From assembly GCA_002269645.1 (NCBI GenBank), contig NIVC01000341.1, positions 62,001 to 126,000 of the forward strand: DNA of 64,000 nucleotides, written 5' to 3'. A model generated the notes under the pieces. That model was not told the origin of the DNA, ran no database searches, and was given only the letters and a program-made list of their open reading frames with translations. Shown here one piece after another: positions 25,901-37,322 of this stretch (within the stretch, counting starts at the first letter, position 1; each line of letters opens with the position of its first letter). The DNA comes from Macrostomum lignano (Eukaryota). Both the position numbers and the translations under genes were made by a program.

Positions 25901-27178
25901 TAGAGAGGGTATCTGAGCCTGGTCAAGCTTTAGAGAGGATATCTGAGAGCCTGGTCAAGATTTAGAGAGGGGTATCTGAGCCTGCTCAAGCTTTAGAGAG
26001 GGTATCTGAGCCTGGTCAAGCTTTAGAGAGGGTATCTGAGCCTGGTCAAGCTTTAGAGAGGCTATCTGAGCCTGGTCAAGCTTTAGAGAGGGTATCTGAG
26101 CCTGGTCAAGATTTAGAGAGGGGTATCTGAGCCTGCTCAAGCTTTAGAGAGGGTATCTGAGCCTGGTCAAGCTTTAGAGAGGGTATCTGAGCCTGGTCAA
26201 GCTTTAGAGAGGGTATCTGAGCCTGGTCAAGCTTTAGAGAGGATATCTGAGCCTGGTCAAGATTTAGAGAGGGGTATCTGAGCCTGCTCAAGCTTTAGAG
26301 AGGGTATCTGAGCCTGCTCAAGCTTCAGGGGTATCTGAGCCTGCTCAAGCATCAGGGAGGGTATCTGAACCTCTGAACCTGCTCAACCATCTGGGAGAGG
26401 GTAGCGGCACCCACTGAAGGATCAGGGAGGGTTAGCGGCACCCACTGAAGGATCGAGGAGGGTTAGCGGCACCCACTGAAGGAACGGGGAGGGTTAGCGG
26501 CACCCACTGAAGGATCAGGGAGGGTTAGCGGCACCCACTGAAGGATCGGGGAGGGTTAGCGGCACCCACTGAAGGAACGGGGAGGGTTAGCGGCACCCAC
26601 TGAAGGATCAGGGAGGGTTAGCGGCACCCACTGAAGGATCGGGGAGGGTTAGCGGCACCCACTGAAGGAACGAGGAGGGTTAGCGGCACCCACTGAAGGA
26701 ACGGGGAGGGTTAGCGGCACCCACTGAAGGAACGGGGAGGGTTAGCGGCACCCACTGAAGGATCGGGGAGGGTTAGCGGCACCCACTGAAGGATCGGGGA
26801 GGGTTAGCGGCACCCACTGAAGGAACGGGGAGGGTTAGCGGCACCCACTGAAGGATCAGGGAGGAGCCGTTTTTCTAAACTTGATTGAGCGGTAAATCTA
26901 CCTACCGCCGCTAATCTTAAAAACCGCAGGTGCACCCGAACTCGTCCGTAGTAGAAGACCGACCGCCCTGGGTGATCTACTTCGAGCTAGTGTTCACCAC
27001 TAAGGAGTTCATGCGTCAGGTCGTCGAGATCGATCCGCGCTGGCTGCTGGAGGTGGCGCCGCACTACTACAAGGCTAAAGACATCGAGGCGGAGACCAGA
27101 AAAATGCCCAAACAGACAGGCAAAGCCAAAGAAGACGTTACTAGGGATTACTCGTCTGCTCCGGCTGTTAAAGGTTGA
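19906..27178 (+). CDS. DHX16: Pre-mRNA splicing factor DEAH-box RNA helicase DHX16/Prp2, 6 exons, 972 aa as modelled
   Basis: Exons 19906-20391, 21679-21843, 22525-22881, 23420-24262, 25006-25824 and 26930-27178; all introns GT-AG, phase 0, joining in frame. Motifs [29 protein letters not shown] and [11 protein letters not shown]16-type N-terminal signature SRREYLNKR...KLQDLE and EQKRWE. AATAAA at 27222. The 5' end is less certain. Confidence 0.95.
20481..21594. repeat. 20-bp minisatellite in DHX16 intron 1
   Basis: Unit gagtgctagagtgacgcttg, ~55 copies. Confidence 0.97.
21921..22460. repeat. 30-bp minisatellite in DHX16 intron 2
   Basis: Unit aataatccccatgatgggaatccgaacagg, ~18 copies. Confidence 0.97.
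22929..23400. repeat. 12-bp-based degenerate minisatellite in DHX16 intron 3
   Basis: Variants of ataatcgccccg and acaatcgcccca. Confidence 0.92.
24532..24965. repeat. 16-bp minisatellite in DHX16 intron 4
   Basis: Unit gtagatcactaggcag. Confidence 0.95.
25846..26375. repeat. 30-bp minisatellite in DHX16 intron 5
   Basis: Unit gtatctgagcctggtcaagctttagagagg. Confidence 0.95.
26396..26864. repeat. 31-bp minisatellite in DHX16 intron 5
   Basis: Unit cggcacccactgaaggatcggggagggttag, ~15 copies. Confidence 0.95.
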
Positions 27179-27418
27179 CGCTTATTTGGTAAACTACGAG
27201 TATAAAGGATTTTCTGCGTTTAATAAATGTAACTGTTTATTATATACTTCTATTTTCTGCGATTCTCAATGCTATCATGTTTGCAAATGATAATACGGTA
27301 CATATGCTTGCTGTTAATTTGCATTTCAACTTTATTGGTAACTTATGTATGCGCTAATTATCATATTGAATCCGTGTTGTTGGTTTTCATTATCATTTTT
27401 ATAAAATACCAAATGTAG

Positions 27419-27908
27419 AATAGATCACTAAGCAGGTAGATCACTGATCAGATAGATCACTGAGCAGGTAGATCACTAAGCAGGTAGATCACTGAGCAGG
27501 TAGATCACTAAGCAGGTAGATCACTGAGCAGGTAGATCACTTAGCAGGTAGATCACTGAGCAGGTAGATCACTAAGCCAGGTAGATCACTGAGCAGGTAG
27601 ATCACTGAGCAAGTAGATCACTGAGCAGGTAGATCACTGAGCAGGTAGATCACTGAGCAAGTAGATCACTGAGCAAGTAGATCACTGAGCAGGTAGATCA
27701 CTGAGCAAGTAGATCACTGAGCAGGTAGATCACTGAGCAAGTAGATCACTGAGCAGGTAGATCACTGAGCAGGTAGATCACTGAGCAAGTAGATCACTGA
27801 GCAGGTAGATCACTGAGCAAGTAGATCACTGAGCAGGTAGATCACTGAGCAAGTAGATCACTGAGCAGGTAGATCACTGAGCAAGTAGATCACTGAGCAG
27901 GTAGATCA
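27419..27908. repeat. 16-bp minisatellite, same family as 24532-24965
   Basis: Unit gtagatcactgagcag. Confidence 0.95.
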
Positions 27909-28044
27909 TCTATCACTCTGTCTGCTTGTCTTCTACTATCTACCTGGATTTATTTTCGATTGGAAAAGAAAGCCAATGTCTTGAAGCCTACGCAACCATC
28001 TTGCAGCTCATCCGCAGTTTGCAAGAGAGAGACAGCAAGTCACA

Positions 28045-28578
28045 ATGTCCACCGTCAGACAGCCGCCAGTGCCGGCGCCTCGAGCTGGCGCCAAACGAAC
28101 CGCTTCAACCGCTGAAGGCGCCAGTGCCGGCGCCAGCGGCAGCGGCGGCGCCTCCTGCGGAATCAGCGACGAATCCGCCGCCTCCGTCGATTGCTTGGCC
28201 GACGACGCCGGCGACACTGGCGGTGGAGTGAGCGACGTTGGCGGCCTGATCGCGGCCATGAATCAAACTTTCGATTTTCAACGCGAAGACGACAAATTAG
28301 CCAGCTCGGACTCCGACTCGGAACTGGACGACTATGGGTCAAGCTGCGGCGACAGCGACCGTGGCGAACTCGCTGGCGGAAGCGGCGAAGGTCTGGAACA
28401 GATGATTGCCGATAGAAAGCAGCGAGCTCTCAGGCAACAGATGAAAGACATGCGCGAACAGCAGAAGCAAAAGCAGCAACAACAGCAGCCTAATCTTTCT
28501 TCACCTCCTGTGCCTGCGCCGAGGCGGTCGCCGAAAGAGAAAGCTCAATTAGCGCCTAGTGAAGACTTCGATTTGTAA
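28045..28578 (+). CDS. Uncharacterised low-complexity protein (177 aa), probably single exon
   Basis: GC-rich ATG-to-TAA ORF with composition like the neighbouring exons. Acidic/Ser-rich middle, Gln-rich coiled-coil-like segment, and two PPVPAPR motifs. No family recognised. Confidence 0.55.
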   Translation: MSTVRQPPVPAPRAGAKRTASTAEGASAGASGSGGASCGISDESAASVDCLADDAGDTGGGVSDVGGLIAAMNQTFDFQREDDKLASSDSDSELDDYGSSCGDSDRGELAGGSGEGLEQMIADRKQRALRQQMKDMREQQKQKQQQQQPNLSSPPVPAPRRSPKEKAQLAPSEDFDL

Positions 28579-28985
28579 ATTATTTAAATAGGATTTTCAT
28601 AGCTTACTAGTTTAGTCATTTGATGTCCTTATGCTGCACTGCTGTTTGATTTAAGTTGAAATTTGTCTATGGCCAAACTTTTAACAAGTAAGCCTCTACG
28701 CCTTCTTCAAATCAAAAGTAATTAAAAAACAAAGATACTCTTCCAACTTGTCATCTGCCCTCTGTTGCACTTCTTCTATCGTTTTTTTTTACGCATGAGC
28801 TTCATTATACGTTCTTCGTTCCTGTTGTTACACTTGTTTTTGGATAGCATAGAGAGAGATAGAGTGTAGTTAAAATAGTCTATGGTCGAAGAGAGGAAGA
28901 ACCGAGAGGGAGGATAGTCAGTGTAGTTGAAATAGTCTATGTTCACCGCGAGAGAGGAGGGGGGCAAAAAAGAGTCAGTGCAGTT

Positions 28986-29335
28986 AAAATAGTCTATGGT
29001 CGAAGAGAGAAAGAACCGCGAGAGAGGCGAAGGCAAAGGAGGGAGTTTAGTTAAAATAGTCTATGGTCGAAGAGAGAAAGAACCGCGAGAGAGGCGAAGG
29101 CAAAGGAGGGAGTTTAGTTAAAATAGTCTATGGTCGAAGAGAGAAAGAACCGCGAGAGAGGCGAAGGCAAAGGAGGGAGTTTAGTTAAAATAGTCTATGG
29201 TCGAAGAGAGAAAGAACCGCGAGAGAGGCGAAGGCAAAGGAGGGAGTTTAGTTAAAATAGTCTATGGTCGAAGAGAGAAAGAACCGCGAGAGAGGCGAAG
29301 GCAAAGGAGGGAGTTTAGTTAAAATAGTCTATGGT
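28986..29335. repeat. 67-bp tandem repeat, ~5 copies
   Basis: aaaatagtctatggtcgaag... recurs at 28986, 29053, 29120 and onward. Confidence 0.9.
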
Positions 29336-29789
29336 CGTTCATGCTTTCCACTCTCCTCCTCCACAGTCTTTATCTATGCAAGCGTTGAAGCTGATTTGTC
29401 TATGGCCATGCAGTCTTCAATAATAACAGTCTATGATGTATTGTGCGCCAATAAGCGGCAGCAACGATGAAGGGGATTGGTCAACGTACGAGTTTGAAAA
29501 TGACAGCGGTTTCCGCGCTGTCAAATAGAACTAAAAATCAACTTGCAGCATTATAACAATCAGACGAACAATAAAACTATATTTATTTGCGTGATTTTTA
29601 ATTAGTGCAATAACAGTTAGCTAGTAACTATATTGTTTTGCATAAAGTTGATTTAAAACTTGACGGTTCTTTAATAGGACGGAACGTTTCTTTTGACGCC
29701 ACTTTTCTGTTCCGTTTTCTTAAAGAAGTTTGCAAAATCGTATTCTAGTTTTGTTATAAGGGTACGATATTGTATCTTCGAGTGAGTAC

Positions 29790-30045
29790 CTCCCTGAAGG
29801 ATCAGGGAGGGAGTAGCGGCGACCCACTGAAGGATCAGGGAGGGTAGCTGGACCCACGGAAGGATCAGGGAGGGTAGCTGGACCCACGGAAGGATCAGGG
29901 AGGGGTAGCTGGACCCACTGAAGGATCAGGGAGGGGTAGCTGGACCCACTGAAGGATCAGGGAGGGGAGCTGGACCCACTGAAGGATCAGGGCGGGATAG
30001 CTGGACCCACTGAAGGATCAGGGAGGGTAGCTGAACCTGAAGGAT
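29790..30045. repeat. 30/31-bp minisatellite, same family as 26396-26864
   Basis: Shared core cccactgaaggatcagggaggg. Confidence 0.9.
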
Positions 30046-30764
30046 GAATATCTGCTAACTGTAGAAATTAACTCAAAATGTCTGCAATATCGACAATATT
30101 CGTAGATATTATTATAAATATTTGGTAATATTTTTTGCTAACCCATAGCGCCGATTATTCTAAATGATAACCGCACTGCAGTTTAATCAGAATGCCTGCA
30201 AATCAAACTAAGAAAACTGTGTTGTTTTATGCTGATAACGCGCTTGTTGTGCATCAAACACTCGTTGCCTTATTAAGCTTTAACATTATAGTCGCTTATA
30301 TATCGTTTTGGCTTTGCCTGGCTTAGCTTCTATAGCTATTTTATCTAATTCTTATATATAATAAATCTAAGTATATGCTGCATTTTCACCTCAACTTGAC
30401 TAATAGCTACCAAATGCTTTAACTCTAATTTCTTGCATATATTTATCGTGCCGATTGTTATATATATGTAGTCTTTGTCCAAAAAAGCAGTTCGGATATT
30501 GTTGTTGTTAGCTTTGTCTTTTTTCTAACCCTAATGCTTCCAGCTTTCCCACTATATTTATTTTACTATTATCATATTGTCGCTATATTTTTCATGAGTA
30601 ATTTGCTGATTGCTCTATAGTTCTCTAATCATTTTGTACTACTTTTCACCTGATTATGAATGCTCGCTTGCTAGCGTAGTAGTCAAGCCTAACTTTTGTT
30701 TTCTGATAGTCTCAGTTTGCTCTTGTTTTTTATTTGTTAAAAACGGCTTTTTTCAAGGGCTACA

Positions 30765-31215
30765 AAGACCACATACATTGTTCTAGAAACGGAATTTAGA
30801 GAGCTACAAAGCCCATAGACATTGTTCCAGAAACGGAATTTAGAGAGCTACAAAGCCCATAGATATTGTTCCAGAAACAGAATTTAGAGAGCTACAAAGC
30901 CCATAGACATTGTTCCAGAGACGGCATTTAGAGAGCTACAAAGACCATAGACATTGTTCCAGAGAAAGCATTTAGACAGCTACAGAGACCATAGACATTG
31001 TTCAAGAGACGGAATTTAGACAGCTACAAAGACCATAGACATTGTTCAAGAGACGGCATTTAGAGAGCTACACAGACGAAACCATTGTTCTAGAGACGGT
31101 ATCTGGACAGCTACAAAGACCACAACCCCTCTTCTAGAGGCGAGATTTAGTTTAGAGAGCTACAAAGACCATAATAGTCTTCTAGAGATAATTTTTAGAG
31201 ATCTACAAAGACCAC
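30765..31215. repeat. Degenerate 44-bp minisatellite left of the NUPR1-like gene
   Basis: Core tttagagagctacaaagaccat, shared with 31830-33097. Confidence 0.88.
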
Positions 31216-31333
31216 TTCCAATAAATAATACAAGCTTTTAGTTAGATTTTTTGTTTCAAATTCAATCAAAAGTTGCGTTATCAACCACTAAAAGTAGTCA
31301 CATGCGCTTTATTTATTGCATGCAGCAGTCGAC

Positions 31334-31627
31334 ATGTCCGCCTACGATGAGTACAACTACGATGCTGAGCGCTATCTCGGCGGCAAAGGCGGCAAAGGTC
31401 GCTCAAAACGAGCCGCCGCGGAGCACAAACTGGTGCCTAGCAACGGCAACCGTCAGGATCGAATCGCTGTTGAGAAATTGCGCAACAATCAACTGAACGG
31501 CATGGCCAAAAATTTGCACCCCGGACCGAAAACTGTGGCCGATGCTGTGCGCAGAAAGTCTTCGGCTACTAATAATAATGACGGCAATAATGCTGCCGAA
31601 GAAGATATTGACGTTGATAAAATCTGA
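31334..31627 (+). CDS. NUPR1: NUPR1/p8-like small nuclear protein (97 aa)
   Basis: MSAYDEYNYDAERYLGGKGGKGRSKRAAAEHK...RIAVEKLRN resembles the p8 signature Y..YL.GGGRKGRTKRE....KLxN. Single-exon, GC-richer ORF. Confidence 0.7.
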   Translation: MSAYDEYNYDAERYLGGKGGKGRSKRAAAEHKLVPSNGNRQDRIAVEKLRNNQLNGMAKNLHPGPKTVADAVRRKSSATNNNDGNNAAEEDIDVDKI

Positions 31628-31829
31628 TTCAACTCGATTGATCTTCGAGCTAACTACAGGTGGTTTTGGTGATTGACATGACAACTGACTGATATTATTA
31701 ATAGGTGTAAGGACTATTTGCACTGATGTAGAGTTACGTAATTTTTTACTGCTACTCCTGACAACGGGAGAGTCGCCGGCACTTAAGAGCTAAACAAAGA
31801 CTATTGACTGCTTTTAGAGGTAAAATTTA

Positions 31830-33097
31830 GGGAGCTATACAAAGACCATCGGTATCCTTTTAGAAATGTTATTTAGAGAGCTACAAAGACCATCGGTATC
31901 CTTCTAGAAATGTCATTTAGAGAGCTACAAAGACCATCAGTGTCCTTCTAGAGATGTCATTTAGAGAGCTACAAAGACCATCGGTGTCCTTCTACAAAGG
32001 TTATTTAGAGAGCTACAAAGACCATCGGTATCCTTCTAGAGATGTCATTTAGAGAGCTACAAAGACCATCAGTGTCCTTCTAGAGATGTCATTTAGAGAG
32101 CTACAAAGACCATCAGTATCCTTCTAGAAATGTCATTTAGAGAGCTACAAAGACCATCAGTATCCTTCTAGAAATGTCATTTAGAGAGCTACAAAGACCA
32201 TCGGTATCCTTCTAGAAATGTCATTTAGAGAGCTACAAAGACCATCGGTATCCTTCTAGAGATGTCATTTAGAGAGCTACAAAGACCATCAGTATCCTTC
32301 TAGAGATGTCATTTAGAGAGCTACAAAGACCATCAGTATCCTTCTAGAGATGTCATTTAGAGAGCTACAAAGACCATCGGTATCCTTCTAGAGATGTCAT
32401 TTAGAGAGCTACAAAGACCATCAGTGTCCTTCTAGAGATGTCATTTAGAGAGCTACAAAGACCATCGGTATCCTTCTAGAAATGTCATTTAGAGAGCTAC
32501 AAAGACCATCGGTATCCTTCTAGAGATGTCATTTAGAGAGCTACAAAGACCATCAGTATCCTTCTAGAGATGTCATTTAGAGAGCTACAAAGACCATCAG
32601 TATCCTTCTAGAGATGTCATTTAGAGAGCTACAAAGACCATCGGTATCCTTCTAGAGATGTTATTTAGAGAGCTACAAAGACCATCGGTATCCTTCTAGA
32701 GATGTCATTTAGAGAGCTACAAAGACCATCAGTATCCTTCTAGAGATGTCATTTAGAGAGCTACAAAGACCATCAGTATCCTTCTAGAGATGTCATTTAG
32801 AGAGCTACAAAGACCATCGGTATCCTTCTAGAGATGTTATTTAGAGAGCTACAAAGACCATCAGTATCCTTCTAGAGATGTCATTTAGAGAGCTACAAAG
32901 ACCATCGGTATCCTTCTAGAGATGTTATTTAGAGAGCTACAAAGACCATCAGTATCCTTCTAGAAATGTTATTTAGAGAGCTACAAAGACCATCAGTATC
33001 CTTCTAGAGATGTCATTTAGAGAGCTACAAAGACCTTCGGTATCCTTCTAGAGATGTCATTTAGAGAGCTACAAAGACCTTCGGTATCCTTCTAGAA
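31830..33097. repeat. 44-bp minisatellite, ~29 copies
   Basis: Unit tttagagagctacaaagaccatcagtatccttctagagatgtca. Confidence 0.97.
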
Positions 33098-33729
33098 GTT
33101 CTCCAAAGTCAATAGAGACTCCGTATTATTAAATTAGCAATTAGCAGAATCTAAGTATAAAAAATCAATAAAAATTATAAACAACTTTCATGTGCCTGCG
33201 TTACTTTATTGGGGTGCAGCAAGAAATTCCTAACCCTTAATTTTCCATTTGCTGGTAATAACAATTTTTCTTGATTTCACTCAGCCCGCTCATACGTGTT
33301 TTATTATAAGTTCCCGAACTATTCATATTGATAGTTTTATTCATCTTACATTGTATTTCATACTATCATACTATACAGAACGAATCCAACTGTAAAATAG
33401 TTCCTACAAACCGGTACTGTATTATTAAAAACTTTTTTGCCATTTGCCATTTTTCTCTATAATTATCTTTCAAGCTTTGTAAAAATTATCATTCACTTTG
33501 TCATTTCAGGTACAGTTTTTTATTTGCAATCCCTGTTTTAATATTTCTGTTTTTAAAACATTTTTTTATTTTTGTACACCACTTATTAGCCGTCTTCTGG
33601 TTAATGCAACTGAAAGAATCTATCAATTTTATTTCAACTGGTAATTACACCTTCAGAAATTAGTTGTATTATTTCTTTTTATTTTAATCGAAATCGAGTT
33701 TTAGAAATGGCATTAGTAGAGAAAAGTCT

Positions 33730-34350
33730 TTAGAAATGGCATCTCAATATTCAGAAATGGCATCTCAATATTCAGAAATGACAACCCAATATTCAGAAAT
33801 GGCATCTCAATATTCAGAAATGACAACCCAATATGTAGAAATGGCATCTCAATATTTAGAAATGGCATCTCAATATTCAGAAATGGCATCTCAATATTCA
33901 GGAATGGCATCTCAATATTCAGAAATGGCATCTCAATATTCAGAAATGACAATCCAATATTCAGAAATGGCATCTCAATATATAGAATTGGCATCTCAAT
34001 ATTCAGAAATGGCATCTCAATATTCAGAAATGACAACCCAATATTCAGAAATGGCATCTCAATATATAGAATTGGCATTTCAATATTTAGAAATGGCATC
34101 TCAATATTCAGAAATGGCATCTCAATATTCAGAAATGGCATCTCAATATTCAGAAATGACAACCCAATATTCAGAAATGGCATCTCAATATATAGAATTG
34201 GCATCTCAATATTCAGAAATGGCATCTCAATATTCAGAAATGACAACCCAATATTCAGAAATGGCATCTCAATATATAGAATTGGCATCTCAATATTCAG
34301 AAATGGCACCTCAATATATAGAATTGGCATCTCAATATTTAGAAATGGCA
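33730..34350. repeat. 21-bp minisatellite, ~30 copies
   Basis: Unit agaaatggcatctcaatattc; source of the spurious ORFs 33713-34408 and 33736-34401. Confidence 0.96.
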
Positions 34351-34397
34351 CATGTGCTTTTAGAAATAGACATGTTTTTCCGACATCCTTACTGCGC

Positions 34398-35540
34398 ATG
34401 ATCTCCAATAATGTTTTGCCTCGTCGCCTCCGCTCACCTCAGCGCTGCACACGCCGAGTGCCAGCGCTGCTGATCGGCCGCTGCTGCCGCCGGATCCGCA
34501 GGCACCGCCTGTGGCGCCAACTCCGCCGCCAATTGGCAGTCTTCTGCGGCGCCTTCTGCTACAATCATCACGCGGATTTCTACTACAGCATAGAGACAGC
34601 CATTTGGCCGCTGGTTCGCATCGGCGAATCCGTTGCTCAAAGACTCGGCGCCCTACTGGTCTGCCTGGTTATACTACTCACCGCCTCAGTAGTATTCGTA
34701 TTCTACACTTGCCTATTGCCGGCCGTGTACTTTGAGAGCCGGCTGCGCTGTCTATGGCACCTGCTGTTCGGCCACTGGCTGCTGGTGAACATTGTGTTTC
34801 ATTACTACTGCGCCGCCTTCTCCGACCCCGGGTCCCCGCCAGCCGGTTGCACTTTCCCAGTTGTTGGCGTCTGTCGGCGATGCGTTGCCCCTAAGCCGCC
34901 TCGAGCGCATCATTGCGCCGTATGCAAACGATGCGTCCTACGCATGGATCATCACTGTCCGTGGATTAACTCTTGCGTTGGATTGTACAATTATAAGCAT
35001 TTTGTACTGTTCTGCGTGTACATGCTAGCCGGCTGTGTGTACGTTGCGCTGGTGGCTGCTCCGGTTTATAATGACCACTTTTACAGCTGGGATCGGGACG
35101 ATGATGTTGATGCAGCTTCCATAGATGCTTCGACCTCTATGGCTGCGGAGAGACCGGCACTGGATTGGCTATTCCAGTATGCCACTGTGCACCACATGGT
35201 CTATTATGAGATTGTTCTCACCTCGGCTGTAGCTCTGGTATTGGGCTGTTTGACAGCCTATCACGTGTTTCTGGCCAGCCGCAATGAGACCTGCATTGAG
35301 ACTCATATTAATCGGCGTATGGCCAAATCTATGCTAGCTAAAGGATTGACTTATCGTAATCCGTACGATTTAGGCTGGCGTAAAAATCTTAGACAAGCCT
35401 TGTGCATCGATGCACCTGGGAGGTCGTTCTGGAGACACGTCTTGCTGCCGTCCACTTGTCCGCCAGTCAGCGATGGACTGTCCTATCCGACTACGCTGAT
35501 GTCAGTTGACGATGTTATTGAAGACATTTCTGTTGTATAG
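34398..35540 (+). CDS. ZDHHC16: DHHC palmitoyltransferase, ZDHHC16-like
   Basis: DHHC cysteine-rich domain CRRCVAPKPPRAHHCAVCKRCVLRMDHHCPWINSCVG, four hydrophobic TM segments, and C-terminal ETCIE and NPYDLGW motifs. The TM2 region (LWHLLFGHWLLVNIVFHYY...SDPGSPP) resembles ZDHHC16. The true start may be the phase-0 acceptor at 34442/34443. Confidence 0.9.
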   Translation: MISNNVLPRRLRSPQRCTRRVPALLIGRCCRRIRRHRLWRQLRRQLAVFCGAFCYNHHADFYYSIETAIWPLVRIGESVAQRLGALLVCLVILLTASVVFVFYTCLLPAVYFESRLRCLWHLLFGHWLLVNIVFHYYCAAFSDPGSPPAGCTFPVVGVCRRCVAPKPPRAHHCAVCKRCVLRMDHHCPWINSCVGLYNYKHFVLFCVYMLAGCVYVALVAAPVYNDHFYSWDRDDDVDAASIDASTSMAAERPALDWLFQYATVHHMVYYEIVLTSAVALVLGCLTAYHVFLASRNETCIETHINRRMAKSMLAKGLTYRNPYDLGWRKNLRQALCIDAPGRSFWRHVLLPSTCPPVSDGLSYPTTLMSVDDVIEDISVV

Positions 35541-35556
35541 TAGTAGTGTTGTCGCG

Positions 35557-36518
35557 GCTGGGCCAGCCTAACAGAGTGTCAGTTGCTGGGCCAGTCTCCC
35601 AGATCCTCAGTTGCTGGGCCAGTCTCCCAGAGTGTCAGTTGCTGGGCCAGCCTCCCAGATCCTCAGTTGCTGGGCTAGTCTCCCAGAGTGTCAGTTGCTG
35701 GGCCAGCCTCCCAGATCCTCAGTTGCTGGGCTAGTCTCCCAGAGTGTCAGTTGCTGGGCCAGCCTCCCAGATCCTCAGTTGCTGGGCTAGTCTCCCAGAG
35801 TGTCAGTTGCTGGGCCAGCCTCCCAGATCCTCAGTTGCTGGGCTAGTCTCCCAGAGTGTCAGTTGCTGGGCCAGCCTCCCAGATCCTCAGTTGCTGGGCT
35901 AGTCTCCCAGAGTGTCAGTTGCTGGGCCAGCCTCCCAGATCCTCAGTTGCTGGGCTAGTCTCCCAGAGTGTCAGTTGCTGGGCCAGCCTCCCAGAGTGTC
36001 AGTTGCTGAGCTAGCCTCCCAGAGTGTCAGTTGCTGAGCTAGCCTCCCAGAGTGTCAGTTGCTGAGCCAGCCTCCCAGAGTGTCAGTTGCTGGGCCAGCC
36101 TCCCAGATCCTCAGTTGCTGGGCTAGTCTCCCAGAGTGTCAGTTGCTGGGCCAGCCTCCCAGAGTGTCAGTTGCTGAGCTAGCCTCCCAGAGTGTCAGTT
36201 GCTGGGCCAGCCTCCCAGAGTGTCAGTTGCTGGGCCAGCCTCCCAGAGTGTCAGTTGCTGGGCCAGCCTCCCAGAGTGTCAATTGCTGGGCCAGTCTTCC
36301 AGATCCTCAGTTGCTGGGCCAGCCTCCCAGATTCTCAGTTGCTTTACCTGCTTCCCAGATCCTCAGTTGCTGGGCCAGCCTCCCAGATCCTCAGTTGCTG
36401 GGCCAGCCTCCCAGATTCTCAGTTGCTTTACCAGCTTCCCAGATCCTCAGTTGCTGGGCCAGCCTCCCAGATTCTCAGTTGCTTTGGGCCAGCCTCCCAG
36501 ATCCTCAGTTGCTGGGCC
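35557..36518. repeat. 28-bp minisatellite immediately after the ZDHHC16 stop codon
   Basis: Unit cagttgctgggccagcctcccaga(tcct/gtgt); the same family occurs at 47250 and 52133. Confidence 0.96.
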
Positions 36519-37322
36519 ATCGCCGCCTTCCCACTTCCCTCTACCACAGGTGTTAAAGCAAGCAGTGCTTCACAATGATTTTTTTATATTTTCAATAACT
36601 TTTTGTCAATAAAAACTTTTTTATTCTTGCACGCCTAACTTCAGCCTAGTATTATATCTGTTGTATGCGATTGACGATGCCTGAAGATTACTGAAGACCT
36701 GCCGCTTATTTCGTGTGGAAATTGAACTGTTAATTGTTTGCATTTTTCACACAGACACAACACACGCACACTATTCTGTAGCAATAAAAACCGATGCATA
36801 CTACTGGCGTTTAGTCTTTCAATTCTCCTATTAAATGCGATCCAGCAACGGAGGGTCAGTTGTAAAGTTTTGATAATTATCAGTATAACTTGCGTGTCAT
36901 TTCTTCATTTCTTGCTTCCGTGTAATAAGAAAAGTCTGATTGCTTTGCCAGAACATTTATCTATATGAAAACGGTTGTAGATCTGCTAATTACCTACCAC
37001 ATCCTATAGACTTTGTGAGATTTGGCTTCGCTTTACAATTCAATACCTAAAAAAATAGCATAATAGGGATGGTATAGGTAACCTCAATAAATGTCATAAA
37101 TTTGCACCATGCTACTCAACAGTGTCAACTCAGTAGTGCAGTCTGTAGTTGAAGTAGTTAATTATTTTTAACTGGTCATTTTCAGTCTACTCTACTGACA
37201 GTAAGAATATAGGAAAGCTAGCAGTAAAATAAATCTATATTGAATATCTGCATCATGCTACTTACATAGTCATATCAGTAGTTTAATAACGAAATGTACA
37301 ACATTTTTTTTCAAACAAAAAG

